Shown: one piece after another, positions 32,974 to 45,897 of the stretch | Layout: each line of letters starts with the position of its first letter | Numbering within the stretch: position 1 is the stretch's first letter | Assembly (NCBI GenBank): GCA_965546855.1 | Contig: CBEUWO010000001.1 | Location: 20,769-84,768 of the forward strand | Length of the DNA stretch: 64,000 nucleotides | DNA from: an uncultured bacterium | GTDB lineage: Bacteria > Verrucomicrobiota > Verrucomicrobiia > Opitutales > Coraliomargaritaceae | Direction: 5' to 3' | Notes under the pieces: generated by a model | Seen by the model: only the letters and a program-made list of their open reading frames with translations | Told to the model about the DNA's origin: nothing | Database searches by the model: none | Position numbers and translations under genes: made by a program

Positions 32974-35710
32974 ACTTTATAGCGAATGCTTCTTTAACGA
33001 GCTTAGCTTGTTCGCGTTTGTGAAGTGCGAGTGATCCGACCGCAGGGCTGGCAGCTTCGTCGCGACCGGCGTAACGTGGCATCTTCTCGATGGTTTCCAT
33101 CAAGCGCGGTGCGATGAACGTCCAGCCGCCCATGTTCTTTGGCTCTTCTTGGCACCAGGCGATGTCTTTGGCCTTTGGATAGTTATCTGTGATGCGCTTG
33201 AGCAGTTCGGTATTGAGCGGGTAGAATTGCTCGATACGAACGATTGCGGTGTCCTTGATTTGGTTGGCTTCGCGATATGTGGATAGATCATAATAGACCT
33301 TGCCTGAGCAGAAAATAACGCGTTTGGCGGTCTTCTTAATAATGAATTCGTCATCGAGAATTGACCAAAATTCGTTGTCGGTAAAGTGCTCGACCTTAGA
33401 TACGCAATCCTTGTGACGCAGCAGACTCTTAGGAGCCATGATAATCAGTGGCTTCTTAAACTCGCGCTTCATCTGGCGACGTAACACGTGGAAGTATTGT
33501 GCTGGAGTTGTTAGGTTACAGACTTGGATGTTGTTTTCCGCACAAGCCTGAAGGAAGCGTTCGAGGCGAGCTGATGAGTGCTCTGGGCCTTGGCCTTCGT
33601 AGCCGTGTGGGAGCAACATGACGAGCCCGCTCAAACGGCCCCATTTGGACTCACTGCAAGTTAGGAATTGGTCGATAATGACTTGCGCACCGTTGACGAA
33701 ATCGCCGAACTGCGCCTCCCAGATTGAGAGCATTTGCGGGTAGTCCAGCGAGTAACCGTAGTCGAATCCGAGCACGGCCGCTTCGGAGAGTAGCGAATTA
33801 TGCACGCAGAACTGTGCTTGCTCGTCTTGCAGGTCGAGCAGGGGAACGTAGCGTTCGCGTGTTTCGTTATCGTAAAGAACGGAGTGGCGGTGACTGAAGG
33901 TGCCGCGTTCACTATCTTGACCACTGAGTCGGACTGGCGTACCATCCATCAATAGACTCCCGAAGGCAAGCGCTTCGCCCATACCCCAGTCGATACCAGT
34001 GTCGGCCTTGACGGCCTTCAGCTTCGTGTTGAGCTGTCGAATTATTTTCTTGTTAGCGTTGAAGCCGTCGGGGAATTGTACGAGGCGCTCAGCGATGTGC
34101 TCGATTTGGGCCTGGGGCACGCGAGTGTCGAAACCCTTGAAATTGTAAGGCGGTTGCTTCTTGGCGCTCGATTCAGAAAGTAAGTTGCCCTTGAGGCTTT
34201 CTTGCTTCTTGGCTATTTTGAAAGCCGCTTCAAGGCGTTGATGGTAGTCGGCCTCAATAGTGTTAATTTCTTCGGCGGTAAATTCACCAGAAGCGACTAG
34301 ACGCTCTCCGAGCGTACGACCAATCGGCTGCATGCTGGAGATTTTCTTATAGAGAGTCGGCTGTGTGAAGGCAGGTTCGTCGGACTCATTGTGCCCGTGC
34401 TTACGCCAGCAATACATGTCGATCACCACGTCACTGCCAAATGTTTGGCGGTAGTCAAAGGCTGCTTCGATTGCTGCGATAGCGGCGAGCGGGTCGTTGC
34501 CGTTTACGTGGAAGATTGGTGCATCCACGACCTTGGCTACATCTGTGCAGTAGCGACTGGAGCGTGCCTCATCGGGGCCGGTGGTGAAACCGATTTGATT
34601 GTTCACGACAATATGGATCGTGCCTCCTGTGCGATAGCCTGGAAGTTGCGAGAAGTTAAACACTTCGGCGACAACCCCCTGGCCTGCAATCGCTGCATCA
34701 CCATGGATCAGCACTGGAAGCACACGCTTACGCTCCAAGTCGCCGATGATGCGCTGTCGTGCGCGGGCCTTACCTTCGACGACTGAGTCGACTGCTTCGA
34801 GGTGACTGGGGTTGGCGGCGAGGCGGATATCGACCTCGTGTCCTTCGCTTGTTTTGCGTTTGGTCTCAAAGCCGAGGTGATACTTTACATCGCCATCACC
34901 ATGCATGGTGTCAGGAATGTAGTTTTCTGAGAATTCGCGGAAGATGTATTCGAAGGACTTACCAAGGAAATTCGCTAAGACATTGAGACGGCCACGGTGC
35001 GCCATGCCCATTACGATTTCATCGACCTTATTTTTACCGCAACGCTCAAAGATACTTTCCAAGCAGGCAATCAGAGTTTCGCCACCTTCAAGCGAAAAGC
35101 GCTTCTGACCGACATAGCGTGTCTGTAGGAAATTTTCAAAATCCTCCGCCTGCATAATAGTGCGGACGATACGCTTCTTCTCGGCTTTGGTGAAACGAGG
35201 GACGAAGCACTCTGGCTCAATGCGTGCCTGCAACCAGCGGCGGCGCGGTGTTTCCTGAATGTGGATATACTCAAAGCCGACGGTGTGGCAGTAAGTCTTT
35301 TGCAAGCGGTCAAGCAACTCACGGGCAGTCATCTCGACTCCGCCCAAATAGTTGCCAGTATGAAAGACCGTATCTAGGTCTGACTCTTCCAGACCTAGAC
35401 GCTCCAGCGTGAGCCGTGGATTGAGAGGGGCTTCTTTTGTTAACGGATTAAATGCGGCAATGGTATGACCAATCGAGCGATAGGCGTAGATTGCACCAAT
35501 CAGGCGCGATTGCTTGCTAGCAAAACTTTCTGATGTCGGATCGGCAGACAGAGAGGCTGGGGGAGTTGATTCTGTGCTCTGCGCGAGCTCGAAGCCTTCG
35601 AAAAAGGCACGCCACTCGGGAGTGAGCGAGTCTGGGCTGGATAGCCATGTCTCGTAGTTTTGGTCGATCAGATCTGCGTTCCAGCGGCTGGCGATTGTAG
35701 AGTGCATCAT
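32972..35710 (-). CDS. sucA: 2-oxoglutarate dehydrogenase E1
   Basis: [61 protein letters not shown]. Confidence 0.97.
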   Translation of the reverse strand: MMHSTIASRWNADLIDQNYETWLSSPDSLTPEWRAFFEGFELAQSTESTPPASLSADPTSESFASKQSRLIGAIYAYRSIGHTIAAFNPLTKEAPLNPRLTLERLGLEESDLDTVFHTGNYLGGVEMTARELLDRLQKTYCHTVGFEYIHIQETPRRRWLQARIEPECFVPRFTKAEKKRIVRTIMQAEDFENFLQTRYVGQKRFSLEGGETLIACLESIFERCGKNKVDEIVMGMAHRGRLNVLANFLGKSFEYIFREFSENYIPDTMHGDGDVKYHLGFETKRKTSEGHEVDIRLAANPSHLEAVDSVVEGKARARQRIIGDLERKRVLPVLIHGDAAIAGQGVVAEVFNFSQLPGYRTGGTIHIVVNNQIGFTTGPDEARSSRYCTDVAKVVDAPIFHVNGNDPLAAIAAIEAAFDYRQTFGSDVVIDMYCWRKHGHNESDEPAFTQPTLYKKISSMQPIGRTLGERLVASGEFTAEEINTIEADYHQRLEAAFKIAKKQESLKGNLLSESSAKKQPPYNFKGFDTRVPQAQIEHIAERLVQFPDGFNANKKIIRQLNTKLKAVKADTGIDWGMGEALAFGSLLMDGTPVRLSGQDSERGTFSHRHSVLYDNETRERYVPLLDLQDEQAQFCVHNSLLSEAAVLGFDYGYSLDYPQMLSIWEAQFGDFVNGAQVIIDQFLTCSESKWGRLSGLVMLLPHGYEGQGPEHSSARLERFLQACAENNIQVCNLTTPAQYFHVLRRQMKREFKKPLIIMAPKSLLRHKDCVSKVEHFTDNEFWSILDDEFIIKKTAKRVIFCSGKVYYDLSTYREANQIKDTAIVRIEQFYPLNTELLKRITDNYPKAKDIAWCQEEPKNMGGWTFIAPRLMETIEKMPRYAGRDEAASPAVGSLALHKREQAKLVKEAFAIK

Positions 35711-35924
35711 GGCTTCAAATAGAGGGATAAGATTAGCAGGGAAGTTAGGATTTCGGCATTAGCGTTACAAATCTTAAAAGAACATCCTGGGGGTTATTCG
35801 TTTTGCTAATACTGAAATGACTTGATGTCATGTTTTATATCTTGATGGCAAGGTAATTGGGTGGGGTTTAGACTGCAATCTTTATGGGCTTGCGCCTACT
35901 GTAAGCCGTTGACGAGTATAGCGT

Positions 35925-36137
35925 ATGGATGAAGATCAGTTGAAATTGGATTTGGAATACATTACGCAGGCGCGTGCGTTGCCAGAAGGTGAGTCTTTGC
36001 GAGGCGTACTCGCTAGGCTCGATATTTGCGCGCAAGCACCTGATCTACATGATCGTTTGGAGCACTATTTGACTAAGCGCAGTTATGCTAAGGCCTTGGT
36101 CTGGCTCGATCATCCCGACAGCCCGCATCAGCGATGA
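35925..36137 (+). CDS. Small hypothetical protein
   Basis: 70 aa with ATG, helical composition; its stop overlaps the next ATG (ATGA). Confidence 0.65.
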   Translation: MDEDQLKLDLEYITQARALPEGESLRGVLARLDICAQAPDLHDRLEHYLTKRSYAKALVWLDHPDSPHQR

Positions 36138-36532
36138 GTAAGCGCTCTAAAAATAAAATTTCGACCGACAGCGCGCATAATGCTTTCGCCAGTAATCCAT
36201 TCGGCGCGCTCAATAGTGGAGGGCTGCTCAGCGGACCAAGGCCTTCGGAAATGCAACCGAAGGCTGTCGCGAATAAGCCGAAGTCAAAGGGGCGCGTCGA
36301 AGTGCGTCGTGAAAAAGCAGGTCGCGGTGGTAAGACGGTGACAACGTTGCGCGAGTTTCCAAGCCACATTTCACTCAAGGAATTGGAAGCGATGACCTTT
36401 AATCTAAAGAAGACCTGCGCCTGTGGCGGAACGCTCAAAAGCCGCGCCATTGAGCTGCAAGGCGACGTCTGCGACCGTGTCATGAGTGAACTCGAAAAGC
36501 TAGGCTACAAGCCGGTGCGAGCAGGAGGGTAG
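36134..36532 (+). CDS. yciH: Translation initiation factor SUI1/YciH family
   Basis: RREKAGRGGKTVT, LKKTCACGGT, IELQGD. Confidence 0.9.
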   Translation: MSKRSKNKISTDSAHNAFASNPFGALNSGGLLSGPRPSEMQPKAVANKPKSKGRVEVRREKAGRGGKTVTTLREFPSHISLKELEAMTFNLKKTCACGGTLKSRAIELQGDVCDRVMSELEKLGYKPVRAGG

Positions 36533-36682
36533 TCATCAGCCGCGCCTGTCTGGCGGCGTCGCGGACTGAGGGCCGACTGGTGAAAGTGCCTGTTGGTGAT
36601 GCGCTGCGCGTTGGTTGCGCAGCAGAGAGTGCGCAGTGATCGAACCATTTGTATCGCAGCAGCGACTTCGCGTTTGGCTGGT

Positions 36683-37225
36683 TTACTCGACTGGGCCTTC
36701 GTAGATGCCGATGTAGGGCACGTTGCGGAATTTTTGAGCGTAATCGAGGCCATAGCCGCAAACAAATTCGTTTACGATATCCACGCCGCAGAAGTCGATG
36801 TTTACCTCGACCGTACGACGAGACGGCTTGTTGAGCAGGGTGCAAATGCGCAGCGAAGCAGGTTTGCGCCCGTTGAGTAAACGGACGACTTTGCTGAAGG
36901 TATTGCCAGTATCGATAATGTCTTCTACCAGAAGCACGTCGCGGTCGGTAATGGATTCGTCGAGATCCATGATGACCTTCACATCACCCGAGCTTTCAGT
37001 CGCATCGCCATAACTGGAGACAGTCATAAAGTCGGTGACCATCGGGCATTTGATTTCGCGCACGAGGTCAGCCATGAATACAAACGAGCCGCGCAATAGA
37101 CCCACCACTATCAGTTCCTTGCCCGAATCCTTGTAGTGGTCGGTTATCTCACGGCCAAGTCGTGCCACTATTTGGGCGATTTCCTCTTTCGAGAATAGTG
37201 TTTTTTTTAGTCCTTGTTCAGACAT
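36683..37225 (-). CDS. hpt: Hypoxanthine phosphoribosyltransferase
   Basis: GLLRGSFVFMADL, VSSYG, VLLVEDIIDTGNT, FVCGYGLDY. Confidence 0.95.
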   Translation of the reverse strand: MSEQGLKKTLFSKEEIAQIVARLGREITDHYKDSGKELIVVGLLRGSFVFMADLVREIKCPMVTDFMTVSSYGDATESSGDVKVIMDLDESITDRDVLLVEDIIDTGNTFSKVVRLLNGRKPASLRICTLLNKPSRRTVEVNIDFCGVDIVNEFVCGYGLDYAQKFRNVPYIGIYEGPVE

Positions 37226-37338
37226 TGTCAGTTCTTCGTTATTTCACAGGCCATGTCCATTTTTAGCGAGCTGTTCTGAATCGCGTAAACACTACGAGCA
37301 CACAGTCGCTAGCTTTGATGCCATGACCCTGCTCGTGC

Positions 37339-38400
37339 CTACGCTTTGCGTCGTGCTTGAACGGCTCGTGCGAGCGTGTTCAGGATCGCTTCGGTCGCCG
37401 GCATATCGATGCATTCGTCGGTGATGCTTTGGCCGTAAGTGTTGTTGCCGTTGATGTCGTAATTTTGACGACCTGCAACGAGGTTACTTTCCAGCATGAC
37501 GCCTGCGATACCTTGTTGGCCGGCTGAAATTTGATCTGCGAGATCTTTGGCAACCGTGGTTTGGCCGGTATAGTCTTTATTGCTGTTGCCGTGACTGCAG
37601 TCGACGATGAGCTTTTGCGGTAGGTCGACTGCGGCTAGTTGCTCCAGGACCGGCTCGACTGCCTTTGCCTCGTAGTTTGGACCTGTGCGATTGCCGCCAC
37701 GCAGGATCAAGTGTGCAGAGGGATTGCCTTTGGTCTGGAAAATTGCGGTTACACCTTGCTTGGTAACGGAAGGAAACCAGTGTGGCTGTCCAGCCGAACG
37801 CACGGCATCAATGGCGATTTGAACGTTGCCGCTGGTGCCATTTTTAAAACCTATTGGCATCGAGAGGCCAGAAGCTAGTTCGCGGTGCACTTGGCTCTCC
37901 GTAGTACGTGCGCCAATCGCAGACCATGCAATGGCATCGGCGATGAATTGCGGAATGATGGTATCGAGGAATTCGGCGCCAGTTGGGAGACCGAGTTCGC
38001 AAATATCGACGAGCAGCTTGCGGCCGATGCGTAGGCCAGAGTTAATCTCGAAGCTGCCGTCAATCTTGGGGTCGTTAATGAGGCCTTTCCAGCCGACGAC
38101 GGTGCGTGGCTTTTCGAAATACACGCGCATGATTACCTGCAAGTCTGCCTTATACTTCTGCGCGAGCGCGAGGAGTTGCTCGGCGTATTCGATTGCTGCC
38201 TTAGTATCGTGTATCGAACAAGGCCCCACGACTACGATCAAGCGATCGTCAGTGCCATTGAGGATCGCTTCGCTCTCGGCGCGTCCGTTCTCGACCACAG
38301 TAGTCGCCTTGTCGGTGAGCGGGATCTCTTCAATTAGGATCGCTGGTGGCAAGAGAGGGCGGTTGCCGGCGATGCGGCGATTGTCGTGTGTGGTAGACAT
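37339..38400 (-). CDS. aroF: 3-deoxy-7-phosphoheptulonate (DAHP) synthase, class I-alpha
   Basis: GPCSIHD, RVYFEKPRT, IGARTTESQ, GFKNGT, DCSHGNS, ITDEC. Start placed at ATG 38400; the track extension to 38565 is only the repeat array. Confidence 0.92.
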   Translation of the reverse strand: MSTTHDNRRIAGNRPLLPPAILIEEIPLTDKATTVVENGRAESEAILNGTDDRLIVVVGPCSIHDTKAAIEYAEQLLALAQKYKADLQVIMRVYFEKPRTVVGWKGLINDPKIDGSFEINSGLRIGRKLLVDICELGLPTGAEFLDTIIPQFIADAIAWSAIGARTTESQVHRELASGLSMPIGFKNGTSGNVQIAIDAVRSAGQPHWFPSVTKQGVTAIFQTKGNPSAHLILRGGNRTGPNYEAKAVEPVLEQLAAVDLPQKLIVDCSHGNSNKDYTGQTTVAKDLADQISAGQQGIAGVMLESNLVAGRQNYDINGNNTYGQSITDECIDMPATEAILNTLARAVQARRKA

Positions 38401-38412
38401 GTAGAGATTCAA

Positions 38413-38538
38413 GGGCTGAGACTTGAGGGCTGAGACTTGAGAGCTGAGACTTGAGGGCTGAGACTTGAGGGCTGAGACTTGAGGGCTGAGACTTGAGGGC
38501 TGAAACTTGAGAGCTGAGACTTGAGGGCTGAGACTTGA
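38413..38538. repeat. 9 tandem 14-bp units GGGCTGAGACTTGA (VNTR)
   Basis: 9 contiguous units; units 3 and 8 start GAG, unit 7 has AAA for AGA; no spacers. Confidence 0.97.
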
Positions 38539-38599
38539 GGGGGCAGAGCTGCTGCATGTTGGCATCAGTCGTGCGAGCAGATTTTAAGTTGACGTGTTC

Positions 38600-39958
<1,359 letters not shown>

Positions 39959-40205
39959 TTTCGTGGTAAAGTTAAGGTGTCGGAGCTAATAGGCAGCCGC
40001 GCTGGAGGCAAAGGAATTTTTTCAGTAGATCCAATCGACGATTGAGATCGGCTGAGATGACCAGATCTATCAGTGTGTCTGTTCATTGAAATGGTCGAAA
40101 TTCAGGTCGAAACGCATGCTTTACATGTAGCCCGCTTCTCGTAGTTTAATCCGCTTTGGCTCGCTTGACCGCCTCTTTGTCACAGAGCCGCATACTTATA
40201 AATTT

Positions 40206-41543
40206 ATGAAGCAACGTACCATCCTCAGAGAAGTTTCAATCAGTGGTAAATCATTGCACACAGGTGAAGAAGTTCAACTGACTCTAAAACCAGCAGCCGT
40301 TAATCACGGCATCGTGTTTCAGCGCATGGATCTTTTTGGCAAGCCAGAGCTGAAGCCGCTGGTTGATTTTGTGACCGACCTAGTTCGCAGCACGACAATT
40401 GCCGATGGGCATGCGAAGGTCAACACCGTGGAGCACGTGTTGAGTGCGCTGAGCGGTTGTGGTGTGGACAATGTCCTCGTCGAGATGGATGCCAGCGAGC
40501 CACCGATTTTGGACGGTTCTGCAAAGCACTTTGTGAATTTGATCCAGCAGGCCGAGCCAGTTGAGCAGGATGCAGAGCGTGTGTATTTCGAGTTGGATGA
40601 GCCGATCTCAGTCACACGTGGTGCGAGCTCGATCATCGCGTTGCCGCATGATGGTTTCCGTGTGACTTGCACATCCACGGATGATCGTGGCATTCATACG
40701 CAACATTTAAGCCTCGATATTGACCCCGAGTCCTATGTAGCACAAGTCGCACCGGCTCGCACATTCACGATTTACGAAGATATCGAAGAGCTACTGAAGC
40801 TCGGTAAGATCAAAGGTGGTAGCCTCGACAGCGCGATCGTGATCAAGGGAGATAAAATTCTCTCCAAGGAGCCACTTCGCTTCAAAGAAGAGTTCGTGCG
40901 TCATAAAATCCTCGATATCGTGGGTGACATCGTGTTAGTCGGCATGCCGATCAAGGCCCACTTCATCGCTGTGCGTCCTGGCCATGCGCTAAATGCTGAG
41001 CTCTCTAAAGTGCTTCGCCAGAAAATGCTCGAGAAGATCAAAGGTGCAAAGAAAGCAGCTGAGCCTAAGAAGGCTGCTGCTGTAATGGATGTGCCTGAGA
41101 CGGTGATGGATATTCGTCGTGTGATGGATCTGTTGCCGCATCGCTATCCTTTCATCATGATCGACAGGGTGATTGATGTGGTGAGTGAAGACGAGTTGGT
41201 GGCATTGAAAAATGTGACGATCAATGAACCGTATTTCCAAGGTCACTACCCAGGCCGCCCAGTGATGCCAGGTGTCTTACAAGTCGAAGCGATGGCGCAG
41301 GCGGCTGGTGTTTTACTGCTTCGCAAGTTGCCCGTCGAGGAGAACAAAATCGCCTTCTTCATGAGTGTCGATAAGGTGAAGTTCCGTCAGGCAGTTGAGC
41401 CTGGTGACTCGGTCGAGATCCGCGTAAAGCTGGTTAAGATTCGCGGCAACAAGATCGCAACTGCGACTGGTGTCTGCACCGTCGGTGGTAAAGTCGTTTC
41501 GAGCGCTGAGCTGATGTTCATGTTGGCAGATGTTTCGGAATAA
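40206..41543 (+). CDS. lpxC-fabZ: Bifunctional LpxC-FabZ fusion
   Basis: [21 protein letters not shown] (LpxC), then [31 protein letters not shown] (FabZ). Confidence 0.95.
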   Translation: MKQRTILREVSISGKSLHTGEEVQLTLKPAAVNHGIVFQRMDLFGKPELKPLVDFVTDLVRSTTIADGHAKVNTVEHVLSALSGCGVDNVLVEMDASEPPILDGSAKHFVNLIQQAEPVEQDAERVYFELDEPISVTRGASSIIALPHDGFRVTCTSTDDRGIHTQHLSLDIDPESYVAQVAPARTFTIYEDIEELLKLGKIKGGSLDSAIVIKGDKILSKEPLRFKEEFVRHKILDIVGDIVLVGMPIKAHFIAVRPGHALNAELSKVLRQKMLEKIKGAKKAAEPKKAAAVMDVPETVMDIRRVMDLLPHRYPFIMIDRVIDVVSEDELVALKNVTINEPYFQGHYPGRPVMPGVLQVEAMAQAAGVLLLRKLPVEENKIAFFMSVDKVKFRQAVEPGDSVEIRVKLVKIRGNKIATATGVCTVGGKVVSSAELMFMLADVSE

Positions 41544-41558
41544 GGGAGACCGCATCGA

Positions 41559-42335
41559 ATGACTACAGACATTCATCCTACTGCAATCATAGAGCGGGGT
41601 GCCGAACTTGACGAAGGTGTCACAGTCGGTGCGTATGTGTATATTGGTGCTCAAGTAAAAATCGCCAAAGGCACAGTGGTGATGCACCACGCGACTGTCG
41701 ATGGCGTGACCACGATGGGCGAGAGTAATGAGGTGCACCCGTATGCCTATGTCGGCGGCAAGACGCATGATTTGAAATATCAGGGTGGCGTGCATCGCTT
41801 GCAGATTGGCACCCACAATGTCTTTCGCGAGTTCACGACCGTGCACTGTGCGACTTCGGCTGATCAGCTGACAGTGGTCGGTAACCATAATAACATTTTA
41901 TCTTACAGCCATATCGCCCACGAATGTGTGGTCGGTGATCATTTGGTAATGAGCAGCCACGCTGCACTCGGAGGGCATGTGATCGTCGATGATTATGCCA
42001 ATATTGGCTGGGGGGCTGGGGTTCATCAGTTTTGCCGAATCGGTACACGTGCGATGGTTGGCGCCACTTCGAAAGTCGTGCAAGACGTGCCGCCATATGT
42101 GATTAGTGATGGTAATCCAGCCGTTGCGCGCACGATTAATAAGGTCGGCCTCGAACGCGCAGCTTATAGTAAGGAAGACATCTCTCTGGCGCGCCGCGTA
42201 TTTAAAGCGTTTTTTAAGGACGGTCTGAATCGCAGCCAAGCTGTCGAGTGGCTACGTGCGCATGAAGACATTGAACATCGTGTGGTGAAAACCTTCCTAG
42301 ACTTCACCGCAGATAGTCAGCGTGGTTTGGGTTGA
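41559..42335 (+). CDS. lpxA: UDP-N-acetylglucosamine acyltransferase
   Basis: Hexapeptide repeats, [30 protein letters not shown]. Confidence 0.95.
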   Translation: MTTDIHPTAIIERGAELDEGVTVGAYVYIGAQVKIAKGTVVMHHATVDGVTTMGESNEVHPYAYVGGKTHDLKYQGGVHRLQIGTHNVFREFTTVHCATSADQLTVVGNHNNILSYSHIAHECVVGDHLVMSSHAALGGHVIVDDYANIGWGAGVHQFCRIGTRAMVGATSKVVQDVPPYVISDGNPAVARTINKVGLERAAYSKEDISLARRVFKAFFKDGLNRSQAVEWLRAHEDIEHRVVKTFLDFTADSQRGLG

Positions 42336-42406
42336 TCTGTTTTCAACGACGCGCGTGCGTCTGGAGTAAGCTAGTCGTAATCGACCGACTTGACATCTAA
42401 ATTTAC

Positions 42407-43141
42407 TTAGAGCAGTTTCTGAATGTCGGGCACGCGATAGGCGCGTTGTCCGCTCTCTAGACGCTCGATGTATTTATCGGGCTTGGTGTCTTCTGGTTGT
42501 TCGTCGTCTTCGAATTCATCGTCCTCGATCGGGATGAGTTCGTCAAAATAGAGTGAGAGGCGGCGGGCTTCGGGCTCGAGGACTTCGAGCGGATTGGCGA
42601 CGCGACCTTTTTTGACCATGATGAAGCGAGCAGGGGAAAATTGTTTTTGGTAGCCGAGCTCAAAAGCTCTGATCCACTTGTTGTTCACGCTTTCGCGACG
42701 ATTCATTAGGACGATATCTGAAAAGTGTATACAGGCATCGAACCACGCTTGCGCGGTGCTGTTGTTAGAGAGGAAAGCGCAGTGGACGACTGTGATGACT
42801 CGTGCAATTTGGCAATTGTTGAGCTCTGTCCATGTCTTGACTGCTTCGGCTGCGTCGGCGGGATCGCAGCTGCCAGGCGCGAGGAAAATGATCTTCTCGG
42901 GCGCGGCGTTAATTTCACCGTGAGTTACCTTGGCATCGCTGAGCTTCCAATCGACAATGCCGACAGTGTCGAGCGCTTCGAGTTGTTCATCAAAGGGGCT
43001 GGCAGCTTCACCTTCGGGGCGAAAGTAGAGCACTTGCTCCTTACCTTCTAGGCCGCCATCGATCAGGTCGAAGAGGACTTCGCGTCGACCGCTGCCAGGG
43101 ATGCCGTAGATGAGATATACCAGTGGTGTTTGTTCGGACAT
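42407..43141 (-). CDS. Hypothetical protein with a degenerate CobW/G3E-type P-loop fold
   Basis: LIYGIPGSGRR (Walker A-like) and HFSDIVLMNRRE (G4-like). Start at ATG 43141; the upstream track extension is repeat-derived. Confidence 0.7.
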   Translation of the reverse strand: MSEQTPLVYLIYGIPGSGRREVLFDLIDGGLEGKEQVLYFRPEGEAASPFDEQLEALDTVGIVDWKLSDAKVTHGEINAAPEKIIFLAPGSCDPADAAEAVKTWTELNNCQIARVITVVHCAFLSNNSTAQAWFDACIHFSDIVLMNRRESVNNKWIRAFELGYQKQFSPARFIMVKKGRVANPLEVLEPEARRLSLYFDELIPIEDDEFEDDEQPEDTKPDKYIERLESGQRAYRVPDIQKLL

Positions 43142-43150
43142 AAAAAGAGA

Positions 43151-43221
43151 GAGCTGAAAGCTGAGGCTTGAGTGCTGAGGGAGAACCGCGTGAGGCGTCA
43201 CCTTTGAGGCTGGAGGGCTGA
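43151..43221. repeat. Heptamer arrays RRGCTGA flanking a mini-hairpin, downstream of aroC
   Basis: gagctga aagctga ggcttga gtgctga ... gtga-ggcg-tcac ... ggctgga gggctga; same unit family as 38413. Confidence 0.8.
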
Positions 43222-44322
43222 CTATTTGGCTTCGAAGTCGAAGGTCTGGCATTGTGCCTGATGACGCATCCAGTGATCGACGATCACTAGGGCGGCCATG
43301 GACTCGACGATCGGCACGGCGCGTGGCACGACGCAAGGGTCATGACGTCCGCGGCCCATGAGCTCAGTTTCGTTGCCGTCTTTATCGACGGTGCGTTGAT
43401 TTTGAATCAGTGTGGCCGTGGGCTTGAAGGCGACGCGGAAGACGACTTCTTCGCCGTTGCTGATACCGCCTTGGACGCCGCCGGAGCGATTTGTCGCAGT
43501 GCCGACTTTGCCGTCTTTATTGATGAAAACGTCGTTGTGCTCGGAGCCGAGTTGTAGGGAGCCGCCGAAACCGCTGCCGATCTCAAAGCCCTTGGTGGCA
43601 GGGAGCGAAAGCATGGCTTTGGCCAGATCCGCTTCGAGACGATCAAACACCGGCACGCCTAGGCCGACGGGAAGGTTGCGCACGCGGCATTCGATGATGC
43701 CGCCGACAGAGTCGCCGTCGTTACGCACGGCTTTGATACGCTCGACCATTTTCTCGGCAGTTGCTGGGTGCGGGCAACGCACTGGGCTGGTTTCGACTTC
43801 TGCGAGCGTTGGAAACGAGTTTTGGGCTGGCATTTCGATGTCGTGCACGCGTGTGATGTAGGCACGCACGTCGATATCGCCAGCCAACTTGAGGATCTTC
43901 TTGGCAATTGCACCGGCTGCGACGCGGCCGATGGTCTCGCGTGCGGAGGAACGTCCGCCGCCTTGATGGTTGCGGATGCCGAATTTAGTTTGGTAGGTGA
44001 AGTCTGCGTGTGAGGGGCGAAATTTGTCCTTCATCTCGGTGTAAGCGGAGGGGCGTTGATCGCCGTTGGGCACGTAGATGCCGATCGGGGTGCCGATGGT
44101 CTGGCCTTCGAACACGCCCGATACGATGGTCGCTGCGTCGCTCTCTTTACGAGGCGTGGTAATGTCGCTCTGCCCTGGGCGGCGGCGATCGAGTTCGAAT
44201 TGAATCTCCTCGACTGTAATAGGCAGGCGCGGCGGGCAGCCGTCGATCACGACGCCGATGCCGCCGCCATGGCTTTCGCCCCAAGTAGAAATACGAAAAA
44301 GTGTGCCGAAGGAGTTGCCCAT
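43222..44322 (-). CDS. aroC: Chorismate synthase
   Basis: [40 protein letters not shown]. Confidence 0.97.
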   Translation of the reverse strand: MGNSFGTLFRISTWGESHGGGIGVVIDGCPPRLPITVEEIQFELDRRRPGQSDITTPRKESDAATIVSGVFEGQTIGTPIGIYVPNGDQRPSAYTEMKDKFRPSHADFTYQTKFGIRNHQGGGRSSARETIGRVAAGAIAKKILKLAGDIDVRAYITRVHDIEMPAQNSFPTLAEVETSPVRCPHPATAEKMVERIKAVRNDGDSVGGIIECRVRNLPVGLGVPVFDRLEADLAKAMLSLPATKGFEIGSGFGGSLQLGSEHNDVFINKDGKVGTATNRSGGVQGGISNGEEVVFRVAFKPTATLIQNQRTVDKDGNETELMGRGRHDPCVVPRAVPIVESMAALVIVDHWMRHQAQCQTFDFEAK

Positions 44323-44333
44323 GGGTGTCAGGA

Positions 44334-44354
44334 GTGATTAGTGAAAAATGAAAA
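44334..44354. repeat. 3 degenerate heptamers just upstream of the aroC start
   Basis: gtgatta gtgaaaa atgaaaa. Confidence 0.45.
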
Positions 44355-44470
44355 GATTAGCGCCACCTATGACTGTGGCAGTAGGGGTGCAATGCAACGT
44401 GTGGTTGGCGGGAAGTCAATATTGCGGCGTCATGGATATTGGTTAAGTAATTCGAATCATTCATTTGATT

Positions 44471-45883
44471 ATGGAATCTGGGTTGCGCTTACCGGTGGGA
44501 GCGGCATGGCTGGTAGGTATGACTCAATCACTCAGAGCTGGCGATAAGCCCAAGGGGCGAATCTGGCATCCAGACTTCCCGCTTCGGCCGAGTCGCTGTC
44601 CGATGTTCTACGGTTGGGTGATTGTTTGTATCTCTACACTGGGCATGTGCGCCAGTATGCCGGGGCAGACGATCGGGGTGAGTGTGTTTACCACTCGCCT
44701 GATGGAGGCGTTGAGGCTGAGTTCGATGCAATTGAGCGTAGCTTATATGCTTGGAACGTTTTTGAGTGCATTATTGTTAAGCTGGGGCGGACGGCAGTTT
44801 GATCAGTTTGGCGCGCGCAAGGCGATGTTCCGCTCGAGCGTCGCGTTGGGAGGGGGGCTGATTGCGATGAGCTTTCTGGAGCCGATTGTTGCGACTTTGC
44901 AGGCGCTGACTCGGAGTGACGCGAGTGCATGGTGGCCGGCATTTTTGGTGTTAGTATTTGGCTTTGCACTGCTACGATTCACCGGGCAGGGCATGTTGAC
45001 GCTTAGTTCGAGAGCAATGTTGGGGAAATGGTTTGATCGGCGTCGTGGCACGGTGAGTGCGTGGAGCGGAGCGATCATTTCATTTGCCTTTTCTGGTTCG
45101 CCTATGGGCTTTGAGTTGCTGATTCAGCAGGTCGGCTGGCAGTGGGCATGGCGCTGGATGGGCTTGGTCTTAGTTGGCGGCCTAGCTACGGTTTTTTGGG
45201 CGTTTGCGCGCGATAATCCGGAAGAATGTGGTTTACAAATGGATGGCAACTACGTCGGCACGGCACGACAGGCGAATCCGGATGCAGTGATTTATCGCGA
45301 CTACACATTAGCGGAGGCACGTCGGACATTTTCATTTTGGGCATTTGCACTGATATTTGGGCTGCAGGGCTTGGCGGTGACCGCGTATGCGTTTCACGTG
45401 CTGGCAATCTCGGAAGAGCTCGGTGTGACCTCCAATTATATCCTTGGGCTGTTCATGCCGATTGCGGTCGTGTCTGTCATTTTCGGGTTTGTCATCGCTT
45501 GGTTGACTGACCTGCCGACGATTCGCATCAAATATCTCCTCTGTGTGATGGCTATCAGTTCGATGCTTGGATTTGGTGCGCTTGCAGGTGGCGACTATCC
45601 GCAGAGTGGCTGGCTGCAGATCCTTGGCTTTGGCATCAGTGGTGGTTGTTTTGGCGGGTTGTCGTCGATCGTGTGGCCACGCTTCTTTGGGCGTGAGCAC
45701 TTGGGCGCGATTTCGGGCCTGTTTATGACCGTCATTGTCCTAGCGAGTGCGGTCGGTCCGTTTCTGTTGAGTGCCGCTGAACTTTTTATGGGGTCTTACC
45801 GAGCGGGATTTATTTTCGTTACAATGCTAGCTGCCATACTTGCAATTGCCGCTTTGCACGCGGATAACCCGCAGCGTCGCTAG
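44471..45883 (+). CDS. MFS transporter
   Basis: About 12 hydrophobic segments, GRQFDQFGARK loop motif, RFFGREHLGAISG. Confidence 0.9.
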   Translation: MESGLRLPVGAAWLVGMTQSLRAGDKPKGRIWHPDFPLRPSRCPMFYGWVIVCISTLGMCASMPGQTIGVSVFTTRLMEALRLSSMQLSVAYMLGTFLSALLLSWGGRQFDQFGARKAMFRSSVALGGGLIAMSFLEPIVATLQALTRSDASAWWPAFLVLVFGFALLRFTGQGMLTLSSRAMLGKWFDRRRGTVSAWSGAIISFAFSGSPMGFELLIQQVGWQWAWRWMGLVLVGGLATVFWAFARDNPEECGLQMDGNYVGTARQANPDAVIYRDYTLAEARRTFSFWAFALIFGLQGLAVTAYAFHVLAISEELGVTSNYILGLFMPIAVVSVIFGFVIAWLTDLPTIRIKYLLCVMAISSMLGFGALAGGDYPQSGWLQILGFGISGGCFGGLSSIVWPRFFGREHLGAISGLFMTVIVLASAVGPFLLSAAELFMGSYRAGFIFVTMLAAILAIAALHADNPQRR

Positions 45884-45897
45884 GTGGAGCTTAACGC

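Noticed and set aside
38413-38538. CRISPR array
   Set aside because: The units are contiguous 14-mers with no unique spacers, and no cas genes are present.
38401-38565. N-terminal extension of DAHP synthase in the ORF track
   Set aside because: It is just the translated repeat; family similarity starts at Met 38400. Kept only as a hypothesis in the findings.
40206-41543. lpxC-fabZ fusion as a novelty
   Set aside because: Known arrangement in several phyla, including Bacteroidota.
43142-43336. N-terminal extension of the 42407 ORF
   Set aside because: It overlaps the aroC 3' end and the heptamer array; ATG 43141 is more plausible.
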